Shown: positions 1-11,455, numbered from the whole stretch's first letter. The stretch is 63,147 bases of DNA, filler included, from Globobulimina sp. (GCA_003354225.1; 54 parts of 54 records of this genome joined end to end with filler, not necessarily neighbours in it), one strand, 5' to 3'. Translations and numbers: made by a program. Notes: generated by a model from the sequence alone, not told the origin.

Positions 1-882
1 CGCTTCGCCTTGCCGATTTTCATACGCATACCTACTTTGCGCTTCATACAAAGTGGATGGATAATTTACTTCTGGGCATGTTGACATATCGAATGGCGGC
101 TTAACTTTAAATGGTTTGAACCTTACCGGTGGTAAATGCGTCCCTTCGACTCTGTTGTATATTGCGATCATTTTGTTGATTGCCTGTGCTTGTAAGACTG
201 ACATTTGGTCATGAATTCGCTTGCTCTTTCGCTTTTTCCGTACTCGCTTCCTCCTGGGTACCATACCTCTCGTTTCCAAGGACAAGTAGACCATTTCTTC
301 ACCTTGCGAAGCTGACGATTCTATTGAGGTCCCCTCAGATGCTGCCATAACATCTGTATCATACCGGTCCCCCCGGGGCTTTCCTGAATTTTGCTTACTG
401 GAGCGTAGCTTCTCTTGACAAGTCATACAAGTGCATGTCGGACACCAAGGGTCATCAACTACCTTCACTTGTTTCTGGAACCCTCGAGTTGGACTTCTAC
501 TGCGATTTCTCCTTCTTTGTTGCATCTTCCTATCTGTTGTGTCTTGTCGATACCTTTTTCGGCTTCTTGGGGCCCATAGGTCACGGCAATCTATACAGGA
601 ACACTGGTTCCCCCTACTGGCTGCAATACTATTGCGTATTTCCTCTGCATATCTGTCAGCCGACGTTTGTCGTCCCTTGACCCACCGAGTCTGGACTCTC
701 TTTTCCCGTCCAACCTTCTTTTCTTCAAGTCGAAGACATTCTCTGTATATTGGTAACCATACTGAGTCAAACGTTTCTGCATTCAGTATTTCTCCTGTTA
801 GTTTCGCATCCTCCTGTCTAATACTCCTAAACACAGCTGCATAAAAAAAATCTATATTTACTGACAATTCATTACAACCCAT
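1..882 (-). CDS. Hypothetical basic, Cys-containing protein, 3'-partial (294 codons; not in the ORF track)
   Basis: Manual translation from ATG at 882 (MGCNELSVNIDFFYAAVFRSIRQEDAKL...CSCIDC...CPTCTCMTC...RRKRVRKKRKSKR) has no stop before position 1. Confidence 0.6.
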   Translation of the reverse strand, partial: MGCNELSVNIDFFYAAVFRSIRQEDAKLTGEILNAETFDSVWLPIYRECLRLEEKKVGREKRVQTRWVKGRQTSADRYAEEIRNSIAASRGNQCSCIDCRDLWAPRSRKRYRQDTTDRKMQQRRRNRSRSPTRGFQKQVKVVDDPWCPTCTCMTCQEKLRSSKQNSGKPRGDRYDTDVMAASEGTSIESSASQGEEMVYLSLETRGMVPRRKRVRKKRKSKRIHDQMSVLQAQAINKMIAIYNRVEGTHLPPVRFKPFKVKPPFDMSTCPEVNYPSTLYEAQSRYAYENRQGEA

Positions 883-1072
883 AAAATTAAAATTTTCACT
901 GCAGTTCACATTCTGTGCAATCAAAATGTCACTCGATACATTAATACTGTTATTTGCTACATTAATACTGTCTGCATTTTGTACTGTATTAGCATTTATC
1001 AACTTTAAATCTGTACATTTGCTAAAAATTGACTGTACTACGACGACACGGTCACGACGACTGTTCTCGTCC

Positions 1073-1172
1073 NNNNNNNNNNNNNNNNNNNNNNNNNNNN
1101 NNNNNNNNNNNNNNNNTTAATTAATTAANNNNNNNNNNNNNNNNNNNNNNNNNNNNNNNNNNNNNNNNNNNN
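1073..1172. other. Artificial contig-joining linker (first of 53): 44 N + TTAATTAATTAA + 44 N
   Basis: An identical 100-bp block recurs every 1170-1172 bp and has stops in all six frames. Contig lengths plus 53 linkers sum exactly to 63147. Confidence 0.99.
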
Positions 1173-1364
1173 CATCATGGACGTTGCCACATTGGTTTTT
1201 GTTCAGTAATCACGATTGGTATACTAGGTTTATGGACGTTGACATATGAAAGTCTTGTTACTATGTTCAAATATGAATCTCAAAATATGTGGTTTTTCAC
1301 AACTGTGGTTTTTCACAACTGTGGGATCAATGTGTTATTTTAAAGCTTCCCTTCCTCAGGCACC

Positions 1365-1967
1365 ATGGGTTTGTCAAACTCACAACAAACCACATCCTCA
1401 TCTGCATCAAAGACGTCACAATTTTATGATACCATTCAAGATCTGTGTAATAATGGTCTCCTTCCTCCAATGAATCAGGCGTTTACATGGACGAAGTATT
1501 TACATAAAAGAAGCATTCTAAATCTACAAATACCTCATGAACGGCTTATTATAGAATGTGGTAAATATTTATTGTGTATTGAATTGTCAAATTTGGCTAA
1601 TGGTCCTAGTACAGGGAAATCAACATCGGGATTGGTGAACGCCGATTGGCGAATTGTTACAAGCATTGTTAATGAGTCAAAGGACAAAACCAGAAATAAA
1701 TGGGACAACTATGCCACATCAAATTTTGCATTGCAACATTTAGTCCATTTTGTCGATATCGTGGCTAATGACTTTGGTAATTACAATGTGGTTACAAATA
1801 ATTGTCAAACATTTGCAAGAAATCTTGCCAATGAATTAGGAAATGTCCAAGTTAACAAAATCAATGATGGAACTGCAGTGGTATTGGCTTCATCAGCGGT
1901 GGTTGTGTCCAGTATGCTCATCACTTTGGCAAATACATCAAAAGAGGACTGGGACGACTCAGACTAA
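1365..1967 (+). CDS. Permuted papain-like (PPPDE/LRAT-type NlpC/P60) peptidase-like protein
   Basis: YNVVTNNCQTFA matches the Y-x-L-x-x-N-N-C-x-x-F catalytic Cys motif, with an upstream His (HERLII). It has an N-terminal MG and a hydrophobic C-terminal stretch. Confidence 0.65.
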   Translation: MGLSNSQQTTSSSASKTSQFYDTIQDLCNNGLLPPMNQAFTWTKYLHKRSILNLQIPHERLIIECGKYLLCIELSNLANGPSTGKSTSGLVNADWRIVTSIVNESKDKTRNKWDNYATSNFALQHLVHFVDIVANDFGNYNVVTNNCQTFARNLANELGNVQVNKINDGTAVVLASSAVVVSSMLITLANTSKEDWDDSD

Positions 1968-2344
1968 CGAATGAATTCAATTGTTCAACTTTCAAAAAAG
2001 AAGTTTGTTTTTCAAGTTGTGTGATTTTATTTTGTAATATATAAGTAATAAACGCATGAACTATTTGTTTTTTGTGTTATTTGTGCATCTTTTCATGTAT
2101 AACTAAGAAAATGTATACAAACCTCCGCAATTTATGAGTTTGTTAACTTTGTTTTAATTAAAACTATTTTTAATAACAAGTGACGATTTTTACAAACAAT
2201 CAAATTAAACTCCATACATTTTGGTGACATTCAATCTGCATTGTNNNNNNNNNNNNNNNNNNNNNNNNNNNNNNNNNNNNNNNNNNNNTTAATTAATTAA
2301 NNNNNNNNNNNNNNNNNNNNNNNNNNNNNNNNNNNNNNNNNNNN

Positions 2345-2693
2345 AAATGTGAAAACTAAATGGGTTCCTGAAATAAAACGTAATTTATGTCTATATTTGT
2401 GTTTTGTGTTAAAAAAATAAGATATATATTTAGATCATTGTCCTGAGGCACCATTTTTATTAATTGGCACCAAATCAGATCTAAGAAATGATCAAGATAT
2501 TAGCAGCAAAGTGTCGCAAATCTTAACCCAAGGAGATGGTGAGAGTTTAGCCAAACAGGTGGGTTCAGTCCAATATTGTGAATGTTCTGCATTAACCCAG
2601 GAAGGATTAAAAAATGTATTTGATGCCGCCATCAGAGCTGCACTTAACAATGAACGTAAACCAAGCAAAAGGCACATGTGTCAAATATTATAA
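2345..2693 (+). CDS. RAC: Rac/Rho-family small GTPase, C-terminal half; intron 2380..2433
   Basis: Spliced product NVKTKWVPEIKH|HCPEAPFLLIGTKSDLR...ECSALTQEGLKNVFDAAIRA, ending in the CaaX motif CQIL. Confidence 0.9.
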
Positions 2694-2877
2694 TTTATAA
2701 ATAATGCAAAAATGTGCCATTGTATGTGCAAGGATATTTGTGTTGTTATATTAAAAAGTTTTTTTTGTTCTTAATTGTTGTTTCTTCGGATAATCGGAAC
2801 TTTGTACTTTTAACTCTAATCCAGCGCAATATTGTATGCAAGAGAGTAAAACTGGCATTTTTTTATTATTTTGTATC

Positions 2878-3014
2878 ATGGGTTCTTGTTACTGCAAAAA
2901 AAATTATAAAGGTTTATCTGAACGATTATTATCTTCTAATAAGCTGTCAATTTATACAGTAACATGGAATGTAAACACAAAACCACCAATGAAATCAGAA
3001 TCATTTGATTTTCT
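2878..3014 (+). CDS. First exon of an inositol polyphosphate 5-phosphatase-like protein
   Basis: IYTVTWNVNTKPP matches the 5-phosphatase TWNV motif. MGSCYC is an acylation-type N-terminus, and a GT donor follows at 3015. Confidence 0.6.
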
Positions 3015-3024
3015 GTTATACATA

Positions 3025-3264
3025 TTTTCATAATCATTGTCGTTCATGTTTTAGGATCCATAGACTTTTGGGATTTTGGGACTTTGCGATTCTTCTGTCC
3101 CGCTGCAGATAGAAACGTTTCTCAAGGTTTTGAGCAGGTTTTTCTGTCAATCAGAAACGGATTTGTTACCTTATAACGTTTTTGTCACCCAGCAATTCAT
3201 TTCTGTACAAACGCAGAGTTCTAAAAGTCCTGGAATTCCTAAAAAACGACAATGATTATGAAAA
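3025..3264. mobile_element. MITE-like inverted-repeat element
   Basis: Perfect 20-bp inverted repeat TTTTCATAATCATTGTCGTT / AACGACAATGATTATGAAAA, extending imperfectly about 25 bp inward. Confidence 0.6.
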
Positions 3265-3800
3265 GAAACTGAGCGACAATGATTTTGACAATTAGTATAA
3301 TTGTGATGGATGATGGATGGAATGTGCCTCTACAATGAAAACACAATCGATTCGACCATCTGGGGGATTTTGCCAAAGAGTTATTGCCCATGGTCAGCAT
3401 ACTTAGTTACAAAGTGNNNNNNNNNNNNNNNNNNNNNNNNNNNNNNNNNNNNNNNNNNNNTTAATTAATTAANNNNNNNNNNNNNNNNNNNNNNNNNNNN
3501 NNNNNNNNNNNNNNNNCTGACTTTGTTTCTGGATTTGCAAAGCGTTTCTCAGATAATTGAAATATCGACACCAGGGGGGGTTATCTTTGAATATATCGTT
3601 GAGGGCCATTCAAGTTGATTTTCAGGAGATTGTACAAACAAATAAAATTACGTATACAAAAAATTACAAAAAATAGAGATATGATTACACAAATAATAAT
3701 ATACATACATATGCAACAAAAAAAATTACATACATACTATGGTATGCAACAAAAAAAATACAAATTGTCAGTGTGCCAGTTTTTTACACTCTTGACACAC

Positions 3801-3858
3801 AAATAAAACAAATAAAAACAAATAAAAACAAATAAAAACAAGTAAAAACAAATAAAAA
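3801..3858. repeat. 10-bp tandem repeat (AAATAAAAAC)n
   Basis: About 5-6 copies are directly visible. Confidence 0.85.
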
Positions 3859-3883
3859 GATGTAGTTCATAATTTTGCTAATA

Positions 3884-4588
3884 TTATTTATATTGAACTA
3901 ATTTTTCAATATCATTATCCGAATCCAATTCACAATCCGTATCATCTTCATCATCAAACTCAATTGCTCCATTATTAATAAACCCATATTTTCTACCTTT
4001 TGACCGATTATTCCCACCCCGAATACATCCACAATATGCACAAATAAACACATTCAATCCAAAAATACTCACAATCGCTGCAAATATCCATAACGAATAT
4101 TCTTCCCATAACATATACACATCTTTCCCCTCACCAACACCATCACCAACACCATGCCCTGCATTAATATTCTCCACCGGTACCACTGCAGCATCACTAC
4201 CAACGGGATCACGCGTTGGGTCACTGGTTGGATCCGCCGTAGGCGAAGGACTTGGTTGCACCATACATATACTCTCAGTCAATCCCTGCACCACTTCCGC
4301 CTCATTTGTGCCATTATACACAAATATCCGTCCATCCACATCATACTCCACCATGCACGCCATATAAGTGGCGGGGTCAGCCATGCTCTCTGCTCCTAAT
4401 GTATTGGGTGCCAATGGCACATAATTCGCCATTTGTATATTAATGCCATCCCCGGGGTTATTATGTATTATCGCTTTCCGCGAATGTAAATACGCCTTAC
4501 ATGTATACGTACGATTGGCTACGCCGCAATTACTAAATACAGCCACTTCTTTATCATTCAGGTTATCGCTCCAATCGAATAAACTTTC
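3884..4588 (-). CDS. Type I membrane protein, 5'-partial (Pro/Thr stalk, TM helix, acidic tail)
   Basis: PSPSPTADPTSDPTRDP stalk, LWIFAAIVSIFGLNVFICAYC TM segment and DDEDDTD tail. Confidence 0.75.
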   Translation of the reverse strand, partial: ESLFDWSDNLNDKEVAVFSNCGVANRTYTCKAYLHSRKAIIHNNPGDGINIQMANYVPLAPNTLGAESMADPATYMACMVEYDVDGRIFVYNGTNEAEVVQGLTESICMVQPSPSPTADPTSDPTRDPVGSDAAVVPVENINAGHGVGDGVGEGKDVYMLWEEYSLWIFAAIVSIFGLNVFICAYCGCIRGGNNRSKGRKYGFINNGAIEFDDEDDTDCELDSDNDIEKLVQYK

Positions 4589-4948
4589 NNNNNNNNNNNN
4601 NNNNNNNNNNNNNNNNNNNNNNNNNNNNNNNNTTAATTAATTAANNNNNNNNNNNNNNNNNNNNNNNNNNNNNNNNNNNNNNNNNNNNATGATACAACAT
4701 AAAAAAATAAACAAATAATAAATCCAAATCCAGAATAACAATAATAAGTAAAAAATAATTATAATTTAACAAAAAACACAAAGAAATGCATTGAATGCAT
4801 GATTCAAAAAAAATGTCATAGTCTATTATCAACACACATTGAATGAGCAACAAAAAAATAATATTACAAATTTGCCAAATACGGGAAAGGTGACACACAA
4901 AAATTGTATTATATAATGTTCAAAGTAAAGCAGCATTATAATTATAAA

Positions 4949-5302
4949 TCAGATTGAATCGATGTCAGAGTCTTCTTCTTCGAAGATTGGTAATGAAGGC
5001 ACAATTCGCATCGAATTTCTTTTTGAAACGCGTTGTTTTTTAAATTGCGGTTTCTTAATAATAAAATCCTGAGAATTGAAATCATCGGCACATTCATCAT
5101 CGTCAGACTCACTAAACATCGCTGCCAAATTTCGTTTGACAATTTTCTTATTTTTCCGTTTAATCTGAATATTTTGTACAAAATATATAAATAAGAAACA
5201 AGAATCGAAAACAACACAAACCTTATTATTAGACAGCGATGTATTACGTGAATTATTACAATGATACCTTTCTGACTGATTATTTGATGATACCTTTCTC
5301 AT
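4949..5302 (-). CDS. Hypothetical low-complexity protein; possible in-frame intron 5165..5221
   Basis: ORF with acidic and basic tracts; GT..AG flanks an AT-rich 57-nt segment. Confidence 0.35.
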   Translation of the reverse strand: MRKVSSNNQSERYHCNNSRNTSLSNNKVCVVFDSCFLFIYFVQNIQIKRKNKKIVKRNLAAMFSESDDDECADDFNSQDFIIKKPQFKKQRVSKRNSMRIVPSLPIFEEEDSDIDSI

Positions 5303-5860
5303 TTACAATTTACAAATCGTTTTTGTTGAGAATATGGACAAAATATACAAATAATAAACAACAAATTAAAAACAGTACAAAGTACAAACCTGCTGGGCTA
5401 AATATAATGGATTCATTCCATCAATTTCAGATATTTTTCCATTTGTAATATATCTCCGTAATATATCTTTTTTTGGTTTGTTAATATATCGCGATATAAT
5501 ATCTCTTTGTTGAGTCTCATTCGTTCCATGCAATTGGGAATGATGTGCTGTATCACTGGTATTGTTATCGTATAAATAGCCGTTATTTTTATTTCTTAAT
5601 TTTTATTTCGTTTTGAGTAAATTTGTAGATACAAAATATGAAATAAATATAAAGTTACATAACTGATACGAGTACGAACACATATTATCACAATGGAGAG
5701 TTGGATCATTTTGCGCAGACTTTTAACGGTTAAATTAATGTTATTAAAGATGTGTAAACANNNNNNNNNNNNNNNNNNNNNNNNNNNNNNNNNNNNNNNN
5801 NNNNTTAATTAATTAANNNNNNNNNNNNNNNNNNNNNNNNNNNNNNNNNNNNNNNNNNNN

Positions 5861-6219
5861 AAAGCACTGCTAAACGCCTGAAGAACCACCAGGCCTGTGT
5901 GGCTGGTTTGGGCCTGCGAATGAGTTGGTTTTTTAGTTTGGCGTCGTTTGGGTTGTTAGCTGGACCGGTTTATGGCTATTTGGTGTGGAAACAATTCGGT
6001 TCAGTTAATTTTATCTCGCATAGTTCATCGTTGATATTGTTGACTGCATTGTTGTTGGCGTTTTGTATGATGAAGTATAAGACGCCAAAGAGATTGACCT
6101 TTTCCAAGGAGGAGTTTGATATCATGGCGCCGGATACGAATGGATTGAGGAAAACTAAGGATAGCGAGGTTAAGGGAGGTAATAATTTAAAACAAGGATT
6201 GTTAACTGATAGATTATGA
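5861..6219 (+). CDS. Multi-pass membrane protein, C-terminal fragment
   Basis: Two hydrophobic helices and a LLTDRL tail. Confidence 0.55.
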
Positions 6220-6369
6220 TTGACTATTTTTAGTTTTTTTTTTAATTTTGACGATAAATGTAGATATATTTTTGTTAGCGTTGATTAATAATTCAATCTG
6301 TTTTTTCATAAGCTAGTGGCTAGTGCGCATTGTTAAAGACTTAAGTGTGTCATATATTACATAATATAC

Positions 6370-6816
6370 ATGGCTTCGATCTCTACTGTTTGGTGGATGC
6401 ATTATTTGCATTTGTTTGAAGGAATTAGTATGTTCATTGTCGGACCGTTTTTCATGCTTAAACCAGATATAATTTTATGGTTATATGAAGTAGATGTGTC
6501 AGGATGTAATGCGGCTGTAACTGATGCAGTCCCATGGTTTGGTGCATTGGTTACTTTGATGGGATATCATCAATCATTTGAATACAAATATTTGACAAAA
6601 TCGTGGATTGAAGCATGTTTATTAGCCGATATATTATGGATTTATGCATTCATAACATTTATAAATGCACATGGAAAATGGAACATTTCGAGCATATTTT
6701 TATCATTGACCTGGACTGTTATATTTGCACCAATCAGAGCATATTGGTTATGGGGCGTTCCAAAGCGTTTTAGGCCAATTACTTCGGGCGCTCTTAAAGA
6801 CCATAAACAAATATAA
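6370..6816 (+). CDS. Small four-TM membrane protein of unknown function
   Basis: Complete 148-aa ORF with four hydrophobic segments. Confidence 0.7.
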   Translation: MASISTVWWMHYLHLFEGISMFIVGPFFMLKPDIILWLYEVDVSGCNAAVTDAVPWFGALVTLMGYHQSFEYKYLTKSWIEACLLADILWIYAFITFINAHGKWNISSIFLSLTWTVIFAPIRAYWLWGVPKRFRPITSGALKDHKQI

Positions 6817-7032
6817 TTCACGTAGAATAAGTGAAACAAAAAGCAAAGATCACTTATTTCATTTCATTTCTTTTGTTTTTTTGCGTGGAGTTTTTTCTAG
6901 GCCTTTACTCTGAGTAATGGGCTGTGTCAGTTNNNNNNNNNNNNNNNNNNNNNNNNNNNNNNNNNNNNNNNNNNNNTTAATTAATTAANNNNNNNNNNNN
7001 NNNNNNNNNNNNNNNNNNNNNNNNNNNNNNNN

Positions 7033-7525
7033 TCGTTTGTTTTTCTTCTTTTTTTTGCTTTTATTTTTAGTTTTAATTTTATTTTCGTTTTGGTTTTGCA
7101 TTCGATGACTGAATAAAGCGGTGAGTTGTGGCGTTATTTCACAATTTGGACATTTTATTTTTAATCTTTTAATTTGTCGTTGGATAAATGGCATTTTTCG
7201 AATTGATTCGCTGTTACAAATACATCGACACGATGGGCACATAAATTGATTGTTACTGTTTCTTTCTAAAATGAGTCGGGCAATGCAAATATTGCAATAT
7301 ATGTGTCCATTGATGCAACCAATGTCGACGGGATCTGTGGATATTTGCATTGTAAACAAATTTATAAATTATATGTGGATATTTGACTGAACCTGTTACA
7401 ATTTGTAAACAAATTCCACAATCAAACTCTTTTGCTGCATCTGGATCAATAAACGACGGCGATGATTCTGGCTTGTGACAATGAGGTGTTGTGTTAGGAA
7501 ATGTAGGTACACCGTAAAGTGCCAT
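7033..7525 (-). CDS. RING-finger (TRAF-like N-terminus) E3 ligase, 3'-partial; intron 7335..7392
   Basis: Spliced FDCGICLQIVT|DPVDIGCINGHIYCNICI...CPSCR...IKRLKIKCPN gives a C3HC4 RING. Confidence 0.85.
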
Positions 7526-7595
7526 GTTGAGTTTGTTTAGCGGGGATAATAAGTTTTTTTTAGGTCAGTTAATTTGATATTTTTAACATCATATA

Positions 7596-8104
7596 ATGGC
7601 TCAGTTTCTTGGCTTGTCAGAATCACATAAAGGTGGTGATTTTTTGCGGAATTTGGTAAATGATGTTGGTGATGATATGTCAACTTATTCTCAAAAAGCT
7701 CGATTGCTTATTCCGAATCAAAACGCCCGCAGGAAAATGATGAAGGCGATTTTTTATGATTTTGTGATTTATGAATCATTGTTAAAACCTTACAAACTTA
7801 TAAGCACAATTATGCATAAAACAGATAATAAAAATGAAATTATTGGATATGGATTGATGAGAAATCCGCAAATAAACTCAATGAATTCGATAAACGATGA
7901 TGAAAATGAATATTTTGTATTTATCAAATTATTACTAACCATTTTAAAATACACATTATTAACACCACTAAGGATTGGATACTCAAACTGTTTTGCAATA
8001 ATCTTAGTTTATTATAATCAATATTTATACAACAAAATTATGTTTAAAAACATTAAACAATCCATTAAGGAAATTGATGATAACAACAACAACAATGATT
8101 ATAA
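7596..8104 (+). CDS. Hypothetical protein, possibly a GNAT-fold N-terminal part
   Basis: ORF open to the contig end; EIIGYGLMRNP resembles a GNAT beta-strand, which is weak evidence. Confidence 0.45.
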
Positions 8105-8204
8105 NNNNNNNNNNNNNNNNNNNNNNNNNNNNNNNNNNNNNNNNNNNNTTAATTAATTAANNNNNNNNNNNNNNNNNNNNNNNNNNNNNNNNNNNNNNNN
8201 NNNN

Positions 8205-9276
8205 TTTCCCATTGTTCCAATAAAACAATTTTTGCAATATTGTTGTTATTTAACTTTTTTAGATGTTGAAGGTAATTCATAGTTCTTTTGTCGGCTTCCA
8301 TTTGCATTGGTAGTAATTTGGTTTCGCCATATATAACAGCTCTATGTGTATGCCTTGGCAGTTTCGATATTGATCGGATGAATTCACGTTGTTGGACTTC
8401 TATTCCAGAGAAGGTGTTTGTGGAGTATGTTATTGCAGATATTCCATGTAGGATTTTTGGTACTACATATACTTCCCATATTTTTGTTCCATATAATACT
8501 GATCTTGCAGTAGCTATAGCAGGTCTATAACATCTTGTTGTTTCTCTTTCGGTTCTTATTCTAAGATCGTTTCTATGTTTTTGGAACATACTGCCTCTAT
8601 GTTTGTTGATTGTAATTCCTAGATATTTAGCTTCACGTTGTTCATGAATTTTGATGATTTTTTCTTCATTTTCGGAAATATGCATTTTGCCAATAATCCA
8701 ATTTTTGGTTTCGTCTATATCGCGTTTTAATGGAATTACCATACTTTTAGGTCCCGAAAATTCTATTTTCCACTTTTGGGCATAGTTACCAACAATCTTT
8801 AGTAGTTTCTCCATTTTAGATTCTGATGCTGCAAATAGCAGCATGTCATCGGCGAAGAAGATCCCAGATAGATTTTTGTTTTCGTTATTTGGCCCGATTG
8901 TTATACCTAAGTTAGATTTTTCGATTTCTTTTCCAAGATCTGCTATGAATAGTGCCCATAATATGGGTGACATAGTACATCCTTGTCGTAGACCTACATT
9001 CATTGTTAGTCTTTCGGTATTTTGATTTTGAAATGAAATTATTGCTCCAGGATTGTGATAGCTGCTCTCGATGGCTCTTACCAGTTGTTCGGGGAATCCA
9101 TAATCTCGTAATTTTTTCCATAAACCCTCTCTCCAAACTCGATCATAAGCTTTGCATATATCGAGTAGAGCTATTATAGCTTGGTTAGATTGGGATCGTC
9201 CTAATTTAGCTTTGTTTATGGTATGATCGATAACTAATATACAGTCTTCGATGCGTTTGTTTGCTCGAAATCCATG
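8205..9276 (-). mobile_element. Non-LTR retrotransposon (LINE) reverse transcriptase, internal fragment
   Basis: HGFR, LDICKAYDRV, GLRQGCTMSPILW, FFADD and KYLGI motifs in one open frame across the contig. Confidence 0.95.
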
Positions 9277-9376
9277 NNNNNNNNNNNNNNNNNNNNNNNN
9301 NNNNNNNNNNNNNNNNNNNNTTAATTAATTAANNNNNNNNNNNNNNNNNNNNNNNNNNNNNNNNNNNNNNNNNNNN

Positions 9377-9665
9377 TATGGAAATCCATTGTATTGTCTG
9401 ATCCAGAAAAGCATGTTTTGGAATATATTTTCATGACCATGTGCTCTTCTGAACATATAGTTATACAAATAACTGGGGATTTGTTCCCTAGTAGTTCCTT
9501 GTAGATGTTTCATGGATTGTTTACATGCTTTCCATGTGGCTTCTATGCTTTGTGTGTGAATCGTAGGATCATTGGGATTCACAAAATTAATTCTAGACAT
9601 AAGTACCTACAATGTCACATATATATGTGTGATTGCTAATCACTAACTGATGGATAACTGTGTCA
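9377..9665 (-). mobile_element. Merlin (IS1595/IS1016-like) DDE transposase C-terminal remnant; intron 9593..9647
   Basis: Spliced DTVIHQ|INFVNPNDPTIHTQSIEATWK...YLYNYMFRR matches the TVNHS-NFV-P...HTQ-IES-W...YL-EF-WR signature. Confidence 0.8.
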
Positions 9666-9809
9666 ATGAATAAGAGTATGAATGTTATCTCGCGCTCCGC
9701 GACAGCTACACAACGTAACAGAGTAATTAACAAAACGAAGAATACAGACAATTGATTAGAATTGATTAAAAACTGCATATCTGGTTGTTTCAGGTCATTT
9801 TGTTAAACG

Positions 9810-10242
9810 GACGCCCAAAATGGAATAGGTAAATCTATGACCGGACCGTTAATTTAAAAGGCCCTTCAGATTGTAGATTAAGGCAGGCGCTGATTATTTC
9901 TGGCGCTCATTTTACGAAAAAGACGGACCGGACTGGACGCCCAAACTGGAACAGTATAACTAAATATAGACGCCCAAACTGGAATAATAAAAATCGCTTC
10001 AGACGCCTAAAGTAGAATAGAAAAGCACACAGTCACCCAAACTGGAGTAGCGAAAACTAATTCGGACGCCTAAACTGTAATAGTTCGACCTTTCAGACGC
10101 CCATACTGGATTAGTCGAAATTTATAGACGCCCAAAGTAGATTAGTATTTAATTTTGAGACGCCCAAACTGTATTAGAACGAGTAAAAGACGGACCTAGA
10201 GACGCCCAAAGTTTCCGGAGACGCCCAAAGTTATTAAGGACC
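9810..10242. repeat. Array of 11 copies of GACGCCCAAACTGGAATAG-like motif with variable spacers
   Basis: Copies start at 9810, 9936, 9969, 10002, 10032, 10065, 10096, 10127, 10159, 10201 and 10220. Confidence 0.9.
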
Positions 10243-10548
10243 GTTCTTCGTTACTAGTGCCAATAGGCTTTTTAGAAATTGCGGCTGCAGAATATCAATA
10301 AACTCAACAGGACCTAATTACATGCAAAAAATGCAAGATTTGACGACGATGGAAAGGGTTTATGGCTCGACAAACATTGATGACTAAATTGTGCCATAAC
10401 TAACATAACATGTCACCTGTGCCACATTACATCGTGCGCGTGTTAAGANNNNNNNNNNNNNNNNNNNNNNNNNNNNNNNNNNNNNNNNNNNNTTAATTAA
10501 TTAANNNNNNNNNNNNNNNNNNNNNNNNNNNNNNNNNNNNNNNNNNNN

Positions 10549-11455
10549 TTTCCATATCCACATTATCCAATTTATATTTTAATAAATTAATAACAACCTC
10601 GCAAAATACACAACCAAATTCTTCAATATTTTTTAATTCCTTTATTTGTATCCACGGTGCAATTTTATCAACAAATACCATATCATCATACTCAATATCT
10701 GATAAATCCATCAAGCAACGCCCATAAACACCATCAAAATGCCTGAATTTTAAAATATTTTTCATAACAAACTTTGCAATGTTATCATCATCATCATCAT
10801 CTTCATCTAAATCTCTATCCATTCCAGCTAAACATATTTTAATTTGTGCAACAATATAACGTGCACCGTCCTGTAAATATCTTTCATGAGATAACAATGT
10901 ACATCCACGATATTGGACATCACATAAAAATGAGGCAGCAACCATCGCGACATAGCAATCTTTCTCCCATCTGGCATCCAAATAACCCACAATTTTATCA
11001 CATAATAATTCATGTTTCTTGGCTGCAACCATAATAAAACCACCATAACCATCACTCACTTCGTACCTATCACCTAATTTTTTATTTAAATATAATTTAT
11101 TACATATTGCAATATGCTCCAACCGAAATTCCAATTCAACCAAATCCATATCGAGTGTCTTATCGTCATCCTCTTTATACTCACCACCACCAATATCGAT
11201 ATCCATATCCATTTCATTCTTTTGTTTATCCTCATCCACAACATATTTACCACCGGCTTCACGAATCATTGAATAATTATACGCGATCTTTAAATTATTA
11301 TACTCCCATAAAGCAGTACTCATTCGCGATTCTGAACCTGTACACAAAAACAACATAAAAATTGTATGCATGTACATATAACTTAACGAGATAATGTTTT
11401 CAACGCAATCTTTATTGGCAGCGAATATGTACAATATAACGATAAATTTATCCAT
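10549..11455 (-). CDS. Hypothetical acidic helical protein (partial)
   Basis: Long ORF with no recognised motif; its 5' part may be intronic. Confidence 0.55.

Noticed and set aside
431-844. Plus-strand 137-aa ORF and similar antisense ORFs (21549..22034, 33155..33529, 59870..60292)
   Set aside because: Shadows of the real coding frame on the opposite strand.
1117-1128. TTAATTAATTAA recurring about every 1171 bp
   Set aside because: Synthetic six-frame-stop linker inside N runs. ORFs ending in X..LIN or X..N are artefacts of it.
9936-10180. CRISPR array
   Set aside because: Spacers are only 11-14 bp, repeats are degenerate and non-palindromic, no cas genes are present, and the contig is eukaryotic.
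8205-10448. RT next to a transposase and a repeat array as one system (retron/DGR/CAST-like)
   Set aside because: The LINE RT and the Merlin contig are separated by an artificial linker, so adjacency reflects length sorting only.
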